Shown piece after piece: positions 36,377 through 48,300 of a DNA stretch of 64,000 bases (its first letter is position 1; each line of letters begins with the position of its first letter). Source of the stretch: Yuukianura sp. NJ FZ-2021 (taxonomy: Eukaryota); NCBI GenBank assembly GCA_046563655.1, contig CM102287.1, forward strand, positions 1,178,001-1,242,000, in the 5' to 3' direction. The notes under the pieces were generated by a model that searched no databases, was not told the origin of the DNA, and saw only the letters and a list, made by a program, of their open reading frames with translations. The position numbers and the translations under genes were made by a program.

Positions 36377-39300
36377 GGCATTCCCCTGGGTGCCGTATTC
36401 CAACCCCAGATAAAATTCGAGGCGGAGCGATTTATCCCGACTTTTAAGTCCGCCCTATCCAGATTTAATGGCGATCTATCCACACCAATGAAACTTGGGG
36501 TCCTGCAGTACGTTTCATAAGGATTTCAGCAAACTAACTCATTTTCACCCGGCATCGTTCCGCGCGGAGGTTTTTCGAATGTTCTGTTTTGAAACAAATT
36601 TTCATAAATAAAAGTAACGAGATGAGGGACGACACAGCAAGTGAAAGTGGGTTCCTGTAGCACTTTTTATGAGGATTTCAAATATGTTGTTGCCTTTTAC
36701 CCAGCATCGTTCCGGAATGCATTTCTTTTGAATTCTCTGCTTTGAAACATGAATTTTCATAAATATAGGTAACAAGATGAGGGACGACACAGCAAGTGAA
36801 AGTGGGTTCCTGTAGCACTTTTTATGAGGATTTCAAAAATGTAGTTGACTTTTACCCAGCATCGTTCCGGAATGCATTTCTTTTGAATTCTCTGCTTTGA
36901 AACATGAATTTTCATAAATAAAGGTAACAAGATGAGGGACGACACAGCAAGTGAAAGTGGGTTCCTGTAGCACTTTTTATGAGGATTTCAAAAATGTAGT
37001 TGACTTTTACCCAGCATCGTTCCGGAATGCATTTCTTTTGAATTCTCTGTTTTGAAACATGAATTTTCATAAATAAAGGTAACAAGATGAGGGACGATAC
37101 AGCAAGTGAAAGTGGGTTCCTGTAGCACTTTTTATGAGGATTTCAAAAATGTTGTTGCCTTTTACCCAGCATCGTTCCGGAATGCATTTCTTTTGAATTC
37201 TCTGTTTTGAAACATGAATTTTCATAAATATAGGTAACAAGATGAGGGACGATACAGCAAGTGAAAGTGGGTTCCTGTAGCCCTTTTGATGAGGATTTCA
37301 AAAATATAATTTACTTTCTGTTCATTCTCACATTTGCATGTTCATTCTCACAAATTTAAGTCGTTTTGCGTCAAAATGGTGCTCGGCATTCCCCTGGGTG
37401 CCGTATTCCAACCCCAGACAAAATTCGAGGCGGAGCGATTTATCCCGACTTTTAAGTCCGCCCTATCCAGATTTAATGGCGATCTATCCACACCAATGAA
37501 ACTTGGGGTCCTGCAGTACGTTTCATAAGGATTTCAGAAAACTAACTCATTTTCACCCGGCATCGTTCCGCGCGGAGGTTTTTCGAATGTTCTGTTTTGA
37601 AACAAATTTTCATAAATAAAAGTGACGAGATGAGGGACGATACAGCAAGTGAAAGTGGGTTCCTGTAGCACTTTTTATGAGGATTTCAAAAATGTTGTTG
37701 CCTTTTACCCAGCATCGTTCCGGAATGCATTTCTTTTGAATTCTCTGCTTTGAAACATGAATTTTCATAAATAAAGGTAACAAGATGAGGGACGACACAG
37801 CAAGTGAAAGTGGGTTCCTGTAGCCCTTTTTATGAGGATTTCAAAAATATAATTTACTTTCTGTTCATTCTCACATTTGCATGTTCATTCTCACAAATTT
37901 AAGTCGTTTTGCGTCAAAATGGTGCTCGGCATTCCCCTGGGTGCCGTATTCCAACCCCAGATAAAATTCGAGGCGGAGCGATTTATCCCGACTTTTAAGT
38001 CCGCCCTATCCAGATTTAATGGCGATCTATCCACACCAATGAAACTTGGGGTCCTGCAGTACGTTTCATAAGGATTTCAGCAAACTAACTCATTTTCACC
38101 CGGCATCGTTCCGCGCGGAGGTTTTTCGAATGTTCTGTTTTGAAACAAATTTTCATAAATAAAAGTAACGAGATGAGGGACGACACAGCAAGTGAAAGTG
38201 GGTTCCTGTAGCACTTTTTATGAGGATTTCAAATATGTTGTTGCCTTTTACCCAGCATCGTTCCGGAATGCATTTCTTTTGAATTCTCTGCTTTGAAACA
38301 TGAATTTTCATAAATATAGGTAACAAGATGAGGGACGACACAGCAAGTGAAAGTGGGTTCCTGTAGCACTTTTTATGAGGATTTCAAAAATGTAGTTGAC
38401 TTTTACCCAGCATCGTTCCGGAATGCATTTCTTTTGAATTCTCTGCTTTGAAACATGAATTTTCATAAATAAAGGTAACAAGATGAGGGACGACACAGCA
38501 AGTGAAAGTGGGTTCCTGTAGCACTTTTTATGAGGATTTCAAAAATGTAGTTGACTTTTACCCAGCATCGTTCCGGAATGCATTTCTTTTGAATTCTCTG
38601 TTTTGAAACATGAATTTTCATAAATAAAGGTAACAAGATGAGGGACGATACAGCAAGTGAAAGTGGGTTCCTGTAGCACTTTTTATGAGGATTTCAAAAA
38701 TGTTGTTGCCTTTTACCCAGCATCGTTCCGGAATGCATTTCTTTTGAATTCTCTGTTTTGAAACATGAATTTTCATAAATATAGGTAACAAGATGAGGGA
38801 CGATACAGCAAGTGAAAGTGGGTTCCTGTAGCCCTTTTGATGAGGATTTCAAAAATATAATTTACTTTCTGTTCATTCTCACATTTGCATGTTCATTCTC
38901 ACAAATTTAAGTCGTTTTGCGTCAAAATGGTGCTCGGCATTCCCCTGGGTGCCGTATTCCAACCCCAGACAAAATTCGAGGCGGAGCGATTTATCCCGAC
39001 TTTTAAGTCCGCCCTATCCAGATTTAATGGCGATCTATCCACACCAATGAAACTTGGGGTCCTGCAGTACGTTTCATAAGGATTTCAGAAAACTAACTCA
39101 TTTTCACCCGGCATCGTTCCGCGCGGAGGTTTTTCGAATGTTCTGTTTTGAAACAAATTTTCATAAATAAAAGTGACGAGATGAGGGACGATACAGCAAG
39201 TGAAAGTGGGTTCCTGTAGCACTTTTTATGAGGATTTCAAAAATGTTGTTGCCTTTTACCCAGCATCGTTCCGGAATGCATTTCTTTTGAATTCTCTGCT

Positions 39301-42300
39301 TTGAAACATGAATTTTCATAAATAAAGGTAACAAGATGAGGGACGACACAGCAAGTGAAAGTGGGTTCCTGTAGCCCTTTTTATGAGGATTTCAAAAATA
39401 TAATTTACTTTCTGTTCATTCTCACATTTGCATGTTCATTCTCACAAATTTAAGTCGTTTTGCGTCAAAATGGTGCTCGGCATTCCCCTGGGTGCCGTAT
39501 TCCAACCCCAGATAAAATTCGAGGCGGAGCGATTTATCCCGACTTTTAAGTCCGCCCTATCCAGATTTAATGGCGATCTATCCACACCAATGAAACTTGG
39601 GGTCCTGCAGTACGTTTCATAAGGATTTCAGAAAACTAACTCATTTTCACCCGGCATCGTTCCGCGCGGAGGTTTTTCGAATGTTCTGTTTTGAAACAAA
39701 TTTTCATAAATAAAAGTAACGAGATGAGGGACGATACAGCAAGTGAAAGTGGGTTCCTGTAGCACTTTTAATGAGGATTTCAAAAATGTTGTTGCCTTTT
39801 ACCCAGCATCGTTCCGGAATGCATTTCTTTTGAATTCTCTGCTTTGAAACATGAATTTTCATAAATAAAGGTAACAAGATGAGGGAGGATACAGCAAGTG
39901 AAAGTGGGTTCCTGTAGCACTTTTTATGAGGATTTCAAAAATGTTGTTGCCTTTTACCCAGCATCGTTCCGGAATGCATTTCTTTTGAATTCTCTGCTTT
40001 GAAACATGAATTTTCATAAATAAAGGTAACAAGATGAGGGACGACACAGCAAGTGAAAATGGGTTCCTGTAGCACTTTTTATGAGGATTTCAAAAATGTA
40101 GTTGACTTTCTGTTCATTCTCACATTTGCATGTTCATTCTCACAAATTTAAGTCGTTTTGCGTCAAAATGGTGCTCGGCATTCCCCTGGGTGCCGTATTC
40201 CAACCCCAGACAAAATTCGAGGCGGAGCGATTTATCCCGACTTTTAAGTCCGCCCTATCCAGATTTAATGGCGATCTATCCACACCAATGAAACTTGGGG
40301 TCCTGCAGTACGTTTCATAAGGATTTCAGAAAACTAACTCATTTTCACCCGGCATCGTTCCGCGCGGAGGTTTTTCGAATGTTCTGTTTTGAATCAAATT
40401 TTCATAAATAAAAGTAACGAGATGAGGGACGATACAGCAAGTGAAAGTGGGTTCCTGTAGCACTTTTTATGAGGATTTCAAAAATGTTGTTGCCTTTTAC
40501 CCAGCATCGTTCCGGAATGCATTTCTTTTGAATTCTCTGCTTTGAAACATGAATTTTCATAAATAAAGGTAACAAGATGAGGGACGATACAGCAAGTGAA
40601 AGTGGGTTCCTGTAGCACTTTTTATGAGGATTTCAAAAATGTTGTTGCCTTTTACCCAGCATCGTTCCGGAATGCATTTCTTTTGAATTCTCTGCTTTGA
40701 AACATGAATTTTCATAAATAAAGGTAACAAGATGAGGGACGACACAGCAAGTGAAAGTGGGTTCCTGTAGCCCTTTTTATGAGGATTTCAAAAATATAAT
40801 TTACTTTCTGTTCATTCTCACATTTGCATGTTCATTCTCACAAATTTAAGTCGTTTTGCGTCAAAATGGTGCTCGGCATTCCCCTGGGTGCCGTATTCCA
40901 ACCCCAGATAAAATTCGAGGCGGAGCGATTTATCCCGACTTTTAAGTCCGCCCTATCCAGATTTAATGGCGATCTATCCACACCAATGAAACTTGGTGTC
41001 CTGCAGTACGTTTCATAAGGATTTCAGAAAACTAACTCATTTTCACCCGGCATCGTTCCGCGCGGAGGTTTTTCGAATGTTCTGTTTTGAAACAAATTTT
41101 CATAAATAAAAGTAACGAGATGAGGGACGATACAGCAAGTGAAAGTGGGTTCCTGTAGCACTTTTAATGAGGATTTCAAAAATGTTGTTGACTTTTACCC
41201 AGCATCGTTCCGGAATGCATTTCTTTTGAATTCTCTGCTTTGAAACATGAATTTTCATAAATAAGGGTAACAAGATGAGGGACGACACAGCAAGTGAAAG
41301 TGGGTTCCTGTAGCACTTTTTATGAGGATTTCAAAAATGTAGTTGACTTTTACCCAGCATCGTTCCGGAATGCATTTCTTTTGAATTCTCTGTTTTGAAA
41401 CATGAATTTTCATAAATAAAGGTAACAAGATGAGGGACGATACAGCAAGTGAAAGTGGGTTCCTGTAGCACTTTTTATGAGGATTTCAAAAATGTTGTTG
41501 CCTTTTACCCAGCATCGTTCCGGAATGCATTTCTTTTGAATTCTCTGTTTTGAAACATGAATTTTCATAAATATAGGTAACAAGATGAGGGACGATACAG
41601 CAAGTGAAAGTGGGTTCCTGTAGCCCTTTTGATGAGGATTTCAAAAATATAATTTACTTTCTGTTCATTCTCACATTTGCATGTTCATTCTCACAAATTT
41701 AAGTCGTTTTGCGTCAAAATGGTGCTCGGCATTCCCCTGGGTGCCGTATTCCAACCCCAGACAAAATTCGAGGCGGAGCGATTTATCCCGACTTTTAAGT
41801 CCGCCCTATCCAGATTTAATGGCGATCTATCCACACCAATGAAACTTGGGGTCCTGCAGTACGTTTCATAAGGATTTCAGAAAACTAACTCATTTTCACC
41901 CGGCATCGTTCCGCGCGGAGGTTTTTCGAATGTTCTGTTTTGAAACAAATTTTCATAAATAAAAGTGACGAGATGAGGGACGATACAGCAAGTGAAAGTG
42001 GGTTCCTGTAGCACTTTTTATGAGGATTTCAAAAATGTTGTTGCCTTTTACCCAGCATCGTTCCGGAATGCATTTCTTTTGAATTCTCTGCTTTGAAACA
42101 TGAATTTTCATAAATAAAGGTAACAAGATGAGGGACGACACAGCAAGTGAAAGTGGGTTCCTGTAGCCCTTTTTATGAGGATTTCAAAAATATAATTTAC
42201 TTTCTGTTCATTCTCACATTTGCATGTTCATTCTCACAAATTTAAGTCGTTTTGCGTCAAAATGGTGCTCGGCATTCCCCTGGGTGCCGTATTCCAACCC

Positions 42301-44954
42301 CAGATAAAATTCGAGGCGGAGCGATTTATCCCGACTTTTAAGTCCGCCCTATCCAGATTTAATGGCGATCTATCCACACCAATGAAACTTGGGGTCCTGC
42401 AGTACGTTTCATAAGGATTTCAGAAAACTAACTCATTTTCACCCGGCATCGTTCCGCGCGGAGGTTTTTCGAATGTTCTGTTTTGAAACAAATTTTCATA
42501 AATAAAAGTAACGAGATGAGGGACGATACAGCAAGTGAAAGTGGGTTCCTGTAGCACTTTTAATGAGGATTTCAAAAATGTTGTTGCCTTTTACCCAGCA
42601 TCGTTCCGGAATGCATTTCTTTTGAATTCTCTGCTTTGAAACATGAATTTTCATAAATAAAGGTAACAAGATGAGGGAGGATACAGCAAGTGAAAGTGGG
42701 TTCCTGTAGCACTTTTTATGAGGATTTCAAAAATGTTGTTGCCTTTTACCCAGCATCGTTCCGGAATGCATTTCTTTTGAATTCTCTGCTTTGAAACATG
42801 AATTTTCATAAATAAAGGTAACAAGATGAGGGACGACACAGCAAGTGAAAATGGGTTCCTGTAGCACTTTTTATGAGGATTTCAAAAATGTAGTTGACTT
42901 TCTGTTCATTCTCACATTTGCATGTTCATTCTCACAAATTTAAGTCGTTTTGCGTCAAAATGGTGCTCGGCATTCCCCTGGGTGCCGTATTCCAACCCCA
43001 GACAAAATTCGAGGCGGAGCGATTTATCCCGACTTTTAAGTCCGCCCTATCCAGATTTAATGGCGATCTATCCACACCAATGAAACTTGGGGTCCTGCAG
43101 TACGTTTCATAAGGATTTCAGAAAACTAACTCATTTTCACCCGGCATCGTTCCGCGCGGAGGTTTTTCGAATGTTCTGTTTTGAATCAAATTTTCATAAA
43201 TAAAAGTAACGAGATGAGGGACGATACAGCAAGTGAAAGTGGGTTCCTGTAGCACTTTTTATGAGGATTTCAAAAATGTTGTTGCCTTTTACCCAGCATC
43301 GTTCCGGAATGCATTTCTTTTGAATTCTCTGCTTTGAAACATGAATTTTCATAAATAAAGGTAACAAGATGAGGGACGATACAGCAAGTGAAAGTGGGTT
43401 CCTGTAGCACTTTTTATGAGGATTTCAAAAATGTTGTTGCCTTTTACCCAGCATCGTTCCGGAATGCATTTCTTTTGAATTCTCTGCTTTGAAACATGAA
43501 TTTTCATAAATAAAGGTAACAAGATGAGGGACGACACAGCAAGTGAAAGTGGGTTCCTGTAGCCCTTTTTATGAGGATTTCAAAAATATAATTTACTTTC
43601 TGTTCATTCTCACATTTGCATGTTCATTCTCACAAATTTAAGTCGTTTTGCGTCAAAATGGTGCTCGGCATTCCCCTGGGTGCCGTATTCCAACCCCAGA
43701 TAAAATTCGAGGCGGAGCGATTTATCCCGACTTTTAAGTCCGCCCTATCCAGATTTAATGGCGATCTATCCACACCAATGAAACTTGGTGTCCTGCAGTA
43801 CGTTTCATAAGGATTTCAGAAAACTAACTCATTTTCACCCGGCATCGTTCCGCGCGGAGGTTTTTCGAATGTTCTGTTTTGAAACAAATTTTCATAAATA
43901 AAAGTAACGAGATGAGGGACGATACAGCAAGTGAAAGTGGGTTCCTGTAGCACTTTTAATGAGGATTTCAAAAATGTTGTTGCCTTTTACCCAGCATCGT
44001 TCCGGAATGCATTTCTTTTGAATTCTCTGCTTTGAAACATGAATTTTCATAAATAAAGGTAACAAGATGAGGGACGACACAGCAAGTGAAAGTGGGTTCC
44101 TGTAGCACTTTTTATGAGGATTTCAAAAATGTAGTTGACTTTTACCCAGCATCGTTCCGGAATGCATTTCTTTTGAATTCTCTGTTTTGAAACATGAATT
44201 TTCATAAATAAAGGTAACAAGATGAGGGACGATACAGCAAGTGAAAGTGGGTTCCTGTAGCACTTTTTATGAGGATTTCAAAAATGTTGTTGCCTTTTAC
44301 CCAGCATCGTTCCGGAATGCATTTCTTTTGAATTCTCTGTTTTGAAACATGAATTTTCATAAATAAAGGTAACAAGATGAGGGACGACACAGCAAGTGAA
44401 AGTGGGTTCCTGTAGCCCTTTTTATGAGGATTTCAAAAATATAATTTACTTTCTGTTCATTCTCACATTTGCATGTTCATTCTCACAAATTTAAGTCGTT
44501 TTGCGTCAAAATGGTGCTCGGCATTCCCCTGGGTGCCGTATTCCAACCCCAGACAAAATTCGAGGCGGAGCGATTTATCCCGACTTTTAAGTCCGCCCTA
44601 TCCAGATTTAATGGCGATCTATCCACACCAATGAAACTTGGGGTCCTGCAGTACGTTTCATAAGGATTTCAGAAAACTAACTCATTTTCACCCGGCATCG
44701 TTCCGCGCGGAGGTTTTTCGAATGTTCTGTTTTGAAACAAATTTTCATAAATAAAAGTAACGAGATGAGGGACGATACAGCAAGTGAAAGTGGGTTCCTG
44801 TAGCACTTTTTATGAGGATTTCAAAAATGTTGTTGCCTTTGTGGCGATTGGTCAGCAAGTCCCCACTGCCAATCGCCAGATGGAGAGTGTACGAAGTGGC
44901 TCGTGTCTCACTCCCATCACATACACCAGTTCCCTTCCCATGACAAGCCAGATC

Positions 44955-45027
44955 GAACCGGTAGCTCAATTGGTAGAGAGCATCTTCCCGGATTGAAGAG
45001 GTGTGGGTTCGAGTCCCACTCGGTTCC
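44955..45027 (+). ncRNA. tRNA-like cloverleaf with A/B boxes in the 5' LTR
   Basis: Stems GAACCGG/TCGGTTC, GCTC/GAGC, TCTTC/GAAGA and GTGGG/CCCAC, with T-loop TTCGAGT. A T-run follows. Confidence 0.8.
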
Positions 45028-45255
45028 TTTATTTTTTCTGGCTTGTCCTTTGTTTCCCCTTTTATCCCTCCCCCAGTCCTCACATATGGTGCCGAAAGAC
45101 GGTTGTTCCGAGCCGTCGGAGGACTTCGGGGGCGGGGTGGTGTGGCGATTGGTCAGCAAGTCCCCACTGCCAATCGCCAGATGGAGAGTGTACGAAGTGG
45201 CTCGTGTCTCACTCCCATCACATACACCAGTTCCCTTCCCATGACAAGCCAGATC

Positions 45256-45328
45256 GAACCGGTAGCTCAATTGGTAGAGAGCATCTTCCCGGATTGAAGA
45301 GGTGTGGGTTCGAGTCCCACTCGGTTCC
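45256..45328 (+). ncRNA. tRNA-like cloverleaf in the 3' LTR
   Basis: Copy of 44955-45027 offset by 301 bp. Confidence 0.8.
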
Positions 45329-48300
45329 TTTATTTTTTCTGGCTTGTCCTTTGTTTCCCCTTTTATCCCTCCCCCAGTCCTCACAGTTTCATAAGGATTT
45401 CAGAAAACTAACTCATTTTCACCCGGCATCGTTCCGCGCGGAGGTTTTTCGAATGTTTTGTTTTGAAACAAATTTTCATAAATAAAAGTAACGAGATGAG
45501 GGACGATACAGCAAGTGAAATTGGGTTCCTGTAGCACTTTTTATGAGGATTTCAAAAATGTTGTTGCCTTTTACCCAGCATCGTTCCGGAATGCATTTCT
45601 TTTGAATTCTCTGCTTTGAAACATGAATTTTCATAAATAAAGGTAACAAGATGAGGGACGACACAGCAAGTGAAAGTGGGTTCCTGTAGCACTTTTTATG
45701 AGGATTTCAAAAATGTAGTTGACTTTTACCCAGCATCGTTCCGGAATGCATTTCTTTTGAATTCTCTGTTTTGAAACATGAATTTTCATAAATAAAGGTA
45801 ACAAGATGAAGGACGACACAGCAAGTGAAAGTGGGTTCCTGTAGCCCTTTTTATGAGGATTTCAAAAATATAATTTACTTTCTGTTCATTCTCACATTTG
45901 CATGTTCATTCTCACAAATTTAAGTCGTTTTGCGTCAAAATGGTGCTCGGCATTCCCCTGGGTGCCGTATTCCAACCCCAGATAAAATTCGAGGCGGAGC
46001 GATTTATCCCGACTTTTAAGTCCGCCCTATCCAGATTTAATGGCGATCTATCCACACCAATGAAACTTGGGGTCCTGCAGTACGTTTCATAAGGATTTCA
46101 GAAAACTAACTCATTTTCACCCGGCATCGTTCCGCGCGGAGGTTTTTCGAATGTTTTGTTTTGAAACAAATTTTCATAAATAAAAGTAACGAGATGAGGG
46201 ACGATACAGCAAGTGAAAGTGGGTTCCTGTAGCACTTTTTATGAGGATTTCAAAAATGTTGTTGCCTTTTACCCAGCATCGTTCCGGAATGCATTTCTTT
46301 TGAATTCTCTGTTTTGAAACATGAATTTTCATAAATATAGGTAACAAGATGAGGGACGATACAGCAAGTGAAAGTGGGTTCCGTAGCACTTTTTATGAGG
46401 ATTTCAAAAATGTTGTTGCCTTTTACCCAGCATCGTTCCGGAATGCATTTCTTTTGAATTCTCTGCTTTGAAACATGAATTTTCATAAATAAAGGTAACA
46501 AGATGAGGGACGACACAGCAAGTGAAAGTGGGTTCCTGTAGCCCTTTTTATGAGGATTTCAAAAATATAATTTACTTTCTGTTCATTCTCACATTTGCAT
46601 GTTCATTCTCACAAATTTAAGTCGTTTTGCGTCAAAATGGTGCTCGGCATTCTCCTGGGTGCCGTATTCCAACCCCAGATAAAATTCGAGGCGGAGCGAT
46701 TTATCCCGACTTTTAAGTCCGCCCTATCCAGATTTAATGGCGATCTATCCACACCAATGAAACTTGGGGTCCTGCAGTACGTTTCATAAGGATTTCAGAA
46801 AACTAACTCATTTTCACCCGGCATCGTTCCGCGCGGAGGTTTTTCGAATGTTTTGTTTTGAAACAAATTTTCATAAATAAAAGTAACGAGATGAGGGACG
46901 ATACAGCAAGTGAAATTGGGTTCCTGTAGCACTTTTTATGAGGATTTCAAAAATGTTGTTGCCTTTTACCCAGCATCGTTCCGGAATGCATTTCTTTTGA
47001 ATTCTCTGCTTTGAAACATGAATTTTCATAAATAAAGGTAACAAGATGAAGGACGACACCGCAAGTGAAAGTGGGTTCCTGTAGCCCTTTTTATGAGGAT
47101 TTCAAAAATATAATTTACTTTCTGTTCATTCTCACATTTGCATGTTCATTCTCACAAATTTAAGTCGTTTTGCGTCAAAATGGTGCTCGGCATTCTCCTG
47201 GGTGCCGTATTCCAACCCCAGATAAAATTCGAGGCGGAGCGATTTATCCCGACTTTTAAGTCCGCCCTATCCAGATTTAATGGCGATCTATCCACACCAA
47301 TGAAACTTGGGGTCCTGCAGTACGTTTCATAAGGATTTCAGAAAACTAACTCATTTTCACCCGGCATCGTTCCGCGCGGAGGTTTTTCGAATGTTTTGTT
47401 TTGAAACAAATTTTCATAAATAAAAGTAACGAGATGAGGGACAATACAGCAAGTGAAAGTGGGTTCCTGTAGCACTTTTTATGAGGATTTCAAAAATGTT
47501 GTTGCCTTTTACCCAGCATCGTTCCGGAATGCATTCCTTTTGAATTCTCTGCTTTGAAACATGAATTTTCATAAATAAAGGTAACAAGACGAGGGACGAC
47601 ACAGCAAGTGAAAGTGGGTTCCTGTAGCCCTTTTCATGAGGATTTCAAAAATATAATTTACTTTCTGTTCATTCTCACATTTGCATGTTCATTCTCACAA
47701 ATTTAAGTCGTTTTGCGTCAAAATGGTGCTCGGCATTCCCCTGGGTGCCGTATTCCAACCCCAGATAAAATTCGAGGCGGAGCGATTTATACCGACTTTT
47801 AAGTCCGCCCTATCCAGATTTAATGGCGATCTATCCACACCAATGAAACTTGGGGTCCTGCAGTACGTTTCATAAGGATTTCAGAAAACTAACTCATTTT
47901 CACCCGGCATCGTTCCGCGCGGAGGTTTTTCGAATGTTTTGTTTTGAAACAAATTTTCATAAATAAAAGTAACGAGATGAGGGACGACACAGCAAGTGAA
48001 AGTGGGTTCCTGTAGCACTTTTTATGAGGATTTCAAAAATGTTGTTGCCTTTTACCCAGCATCGTTCCGGAATGCATTTCTTTTGAATTCTCTGCTTTGA
48101 AACATGAATTTTCATAAATAAAGGTAACGAGATGAGGGACGATACAGCAAGTGAAAGTGGGTTCCTGTAGCACTTTTTATGAGGATTTCAAAAATGTAGT
48201 TGACTTTTACCCAGCATCGTTCCGGAATGCATTTCTTTTGAATTCTCTGCTTTGAAACATGAATTTTCATAAATAAAGGTAACAAGATGAGGGACGACAC

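Larger units (their letters stand above)
44840..45385 (+). mobile_element. TRIM (non-autonomous LTR retrotransposon) with a tRNA-like cloverleaf in its LTRs (Helenus-type)
   Basis: Two apparently identical 245-bp TG...CA LTRs (44840-45084, 45141-45385). The 56-bp internal part has a primer-binding site TGGTGCCGAAA (complementary to the tRNA-Phe 3' end) and a G-rich polypurine tract GGGGGCGGGGTGG. Confidence 0.92.

Noticed and set aside
44955..45328. Two functional tRNA-Ser(GGA) genes
   Set aside because: C at position 33, no purine at 37, no long variable arm, and both copies lie within LTRs.
44745..45485. ORFs overlapping the TRIM
   Set aside because: These are chance frames across duplicated non-coding LTRs and satellite.
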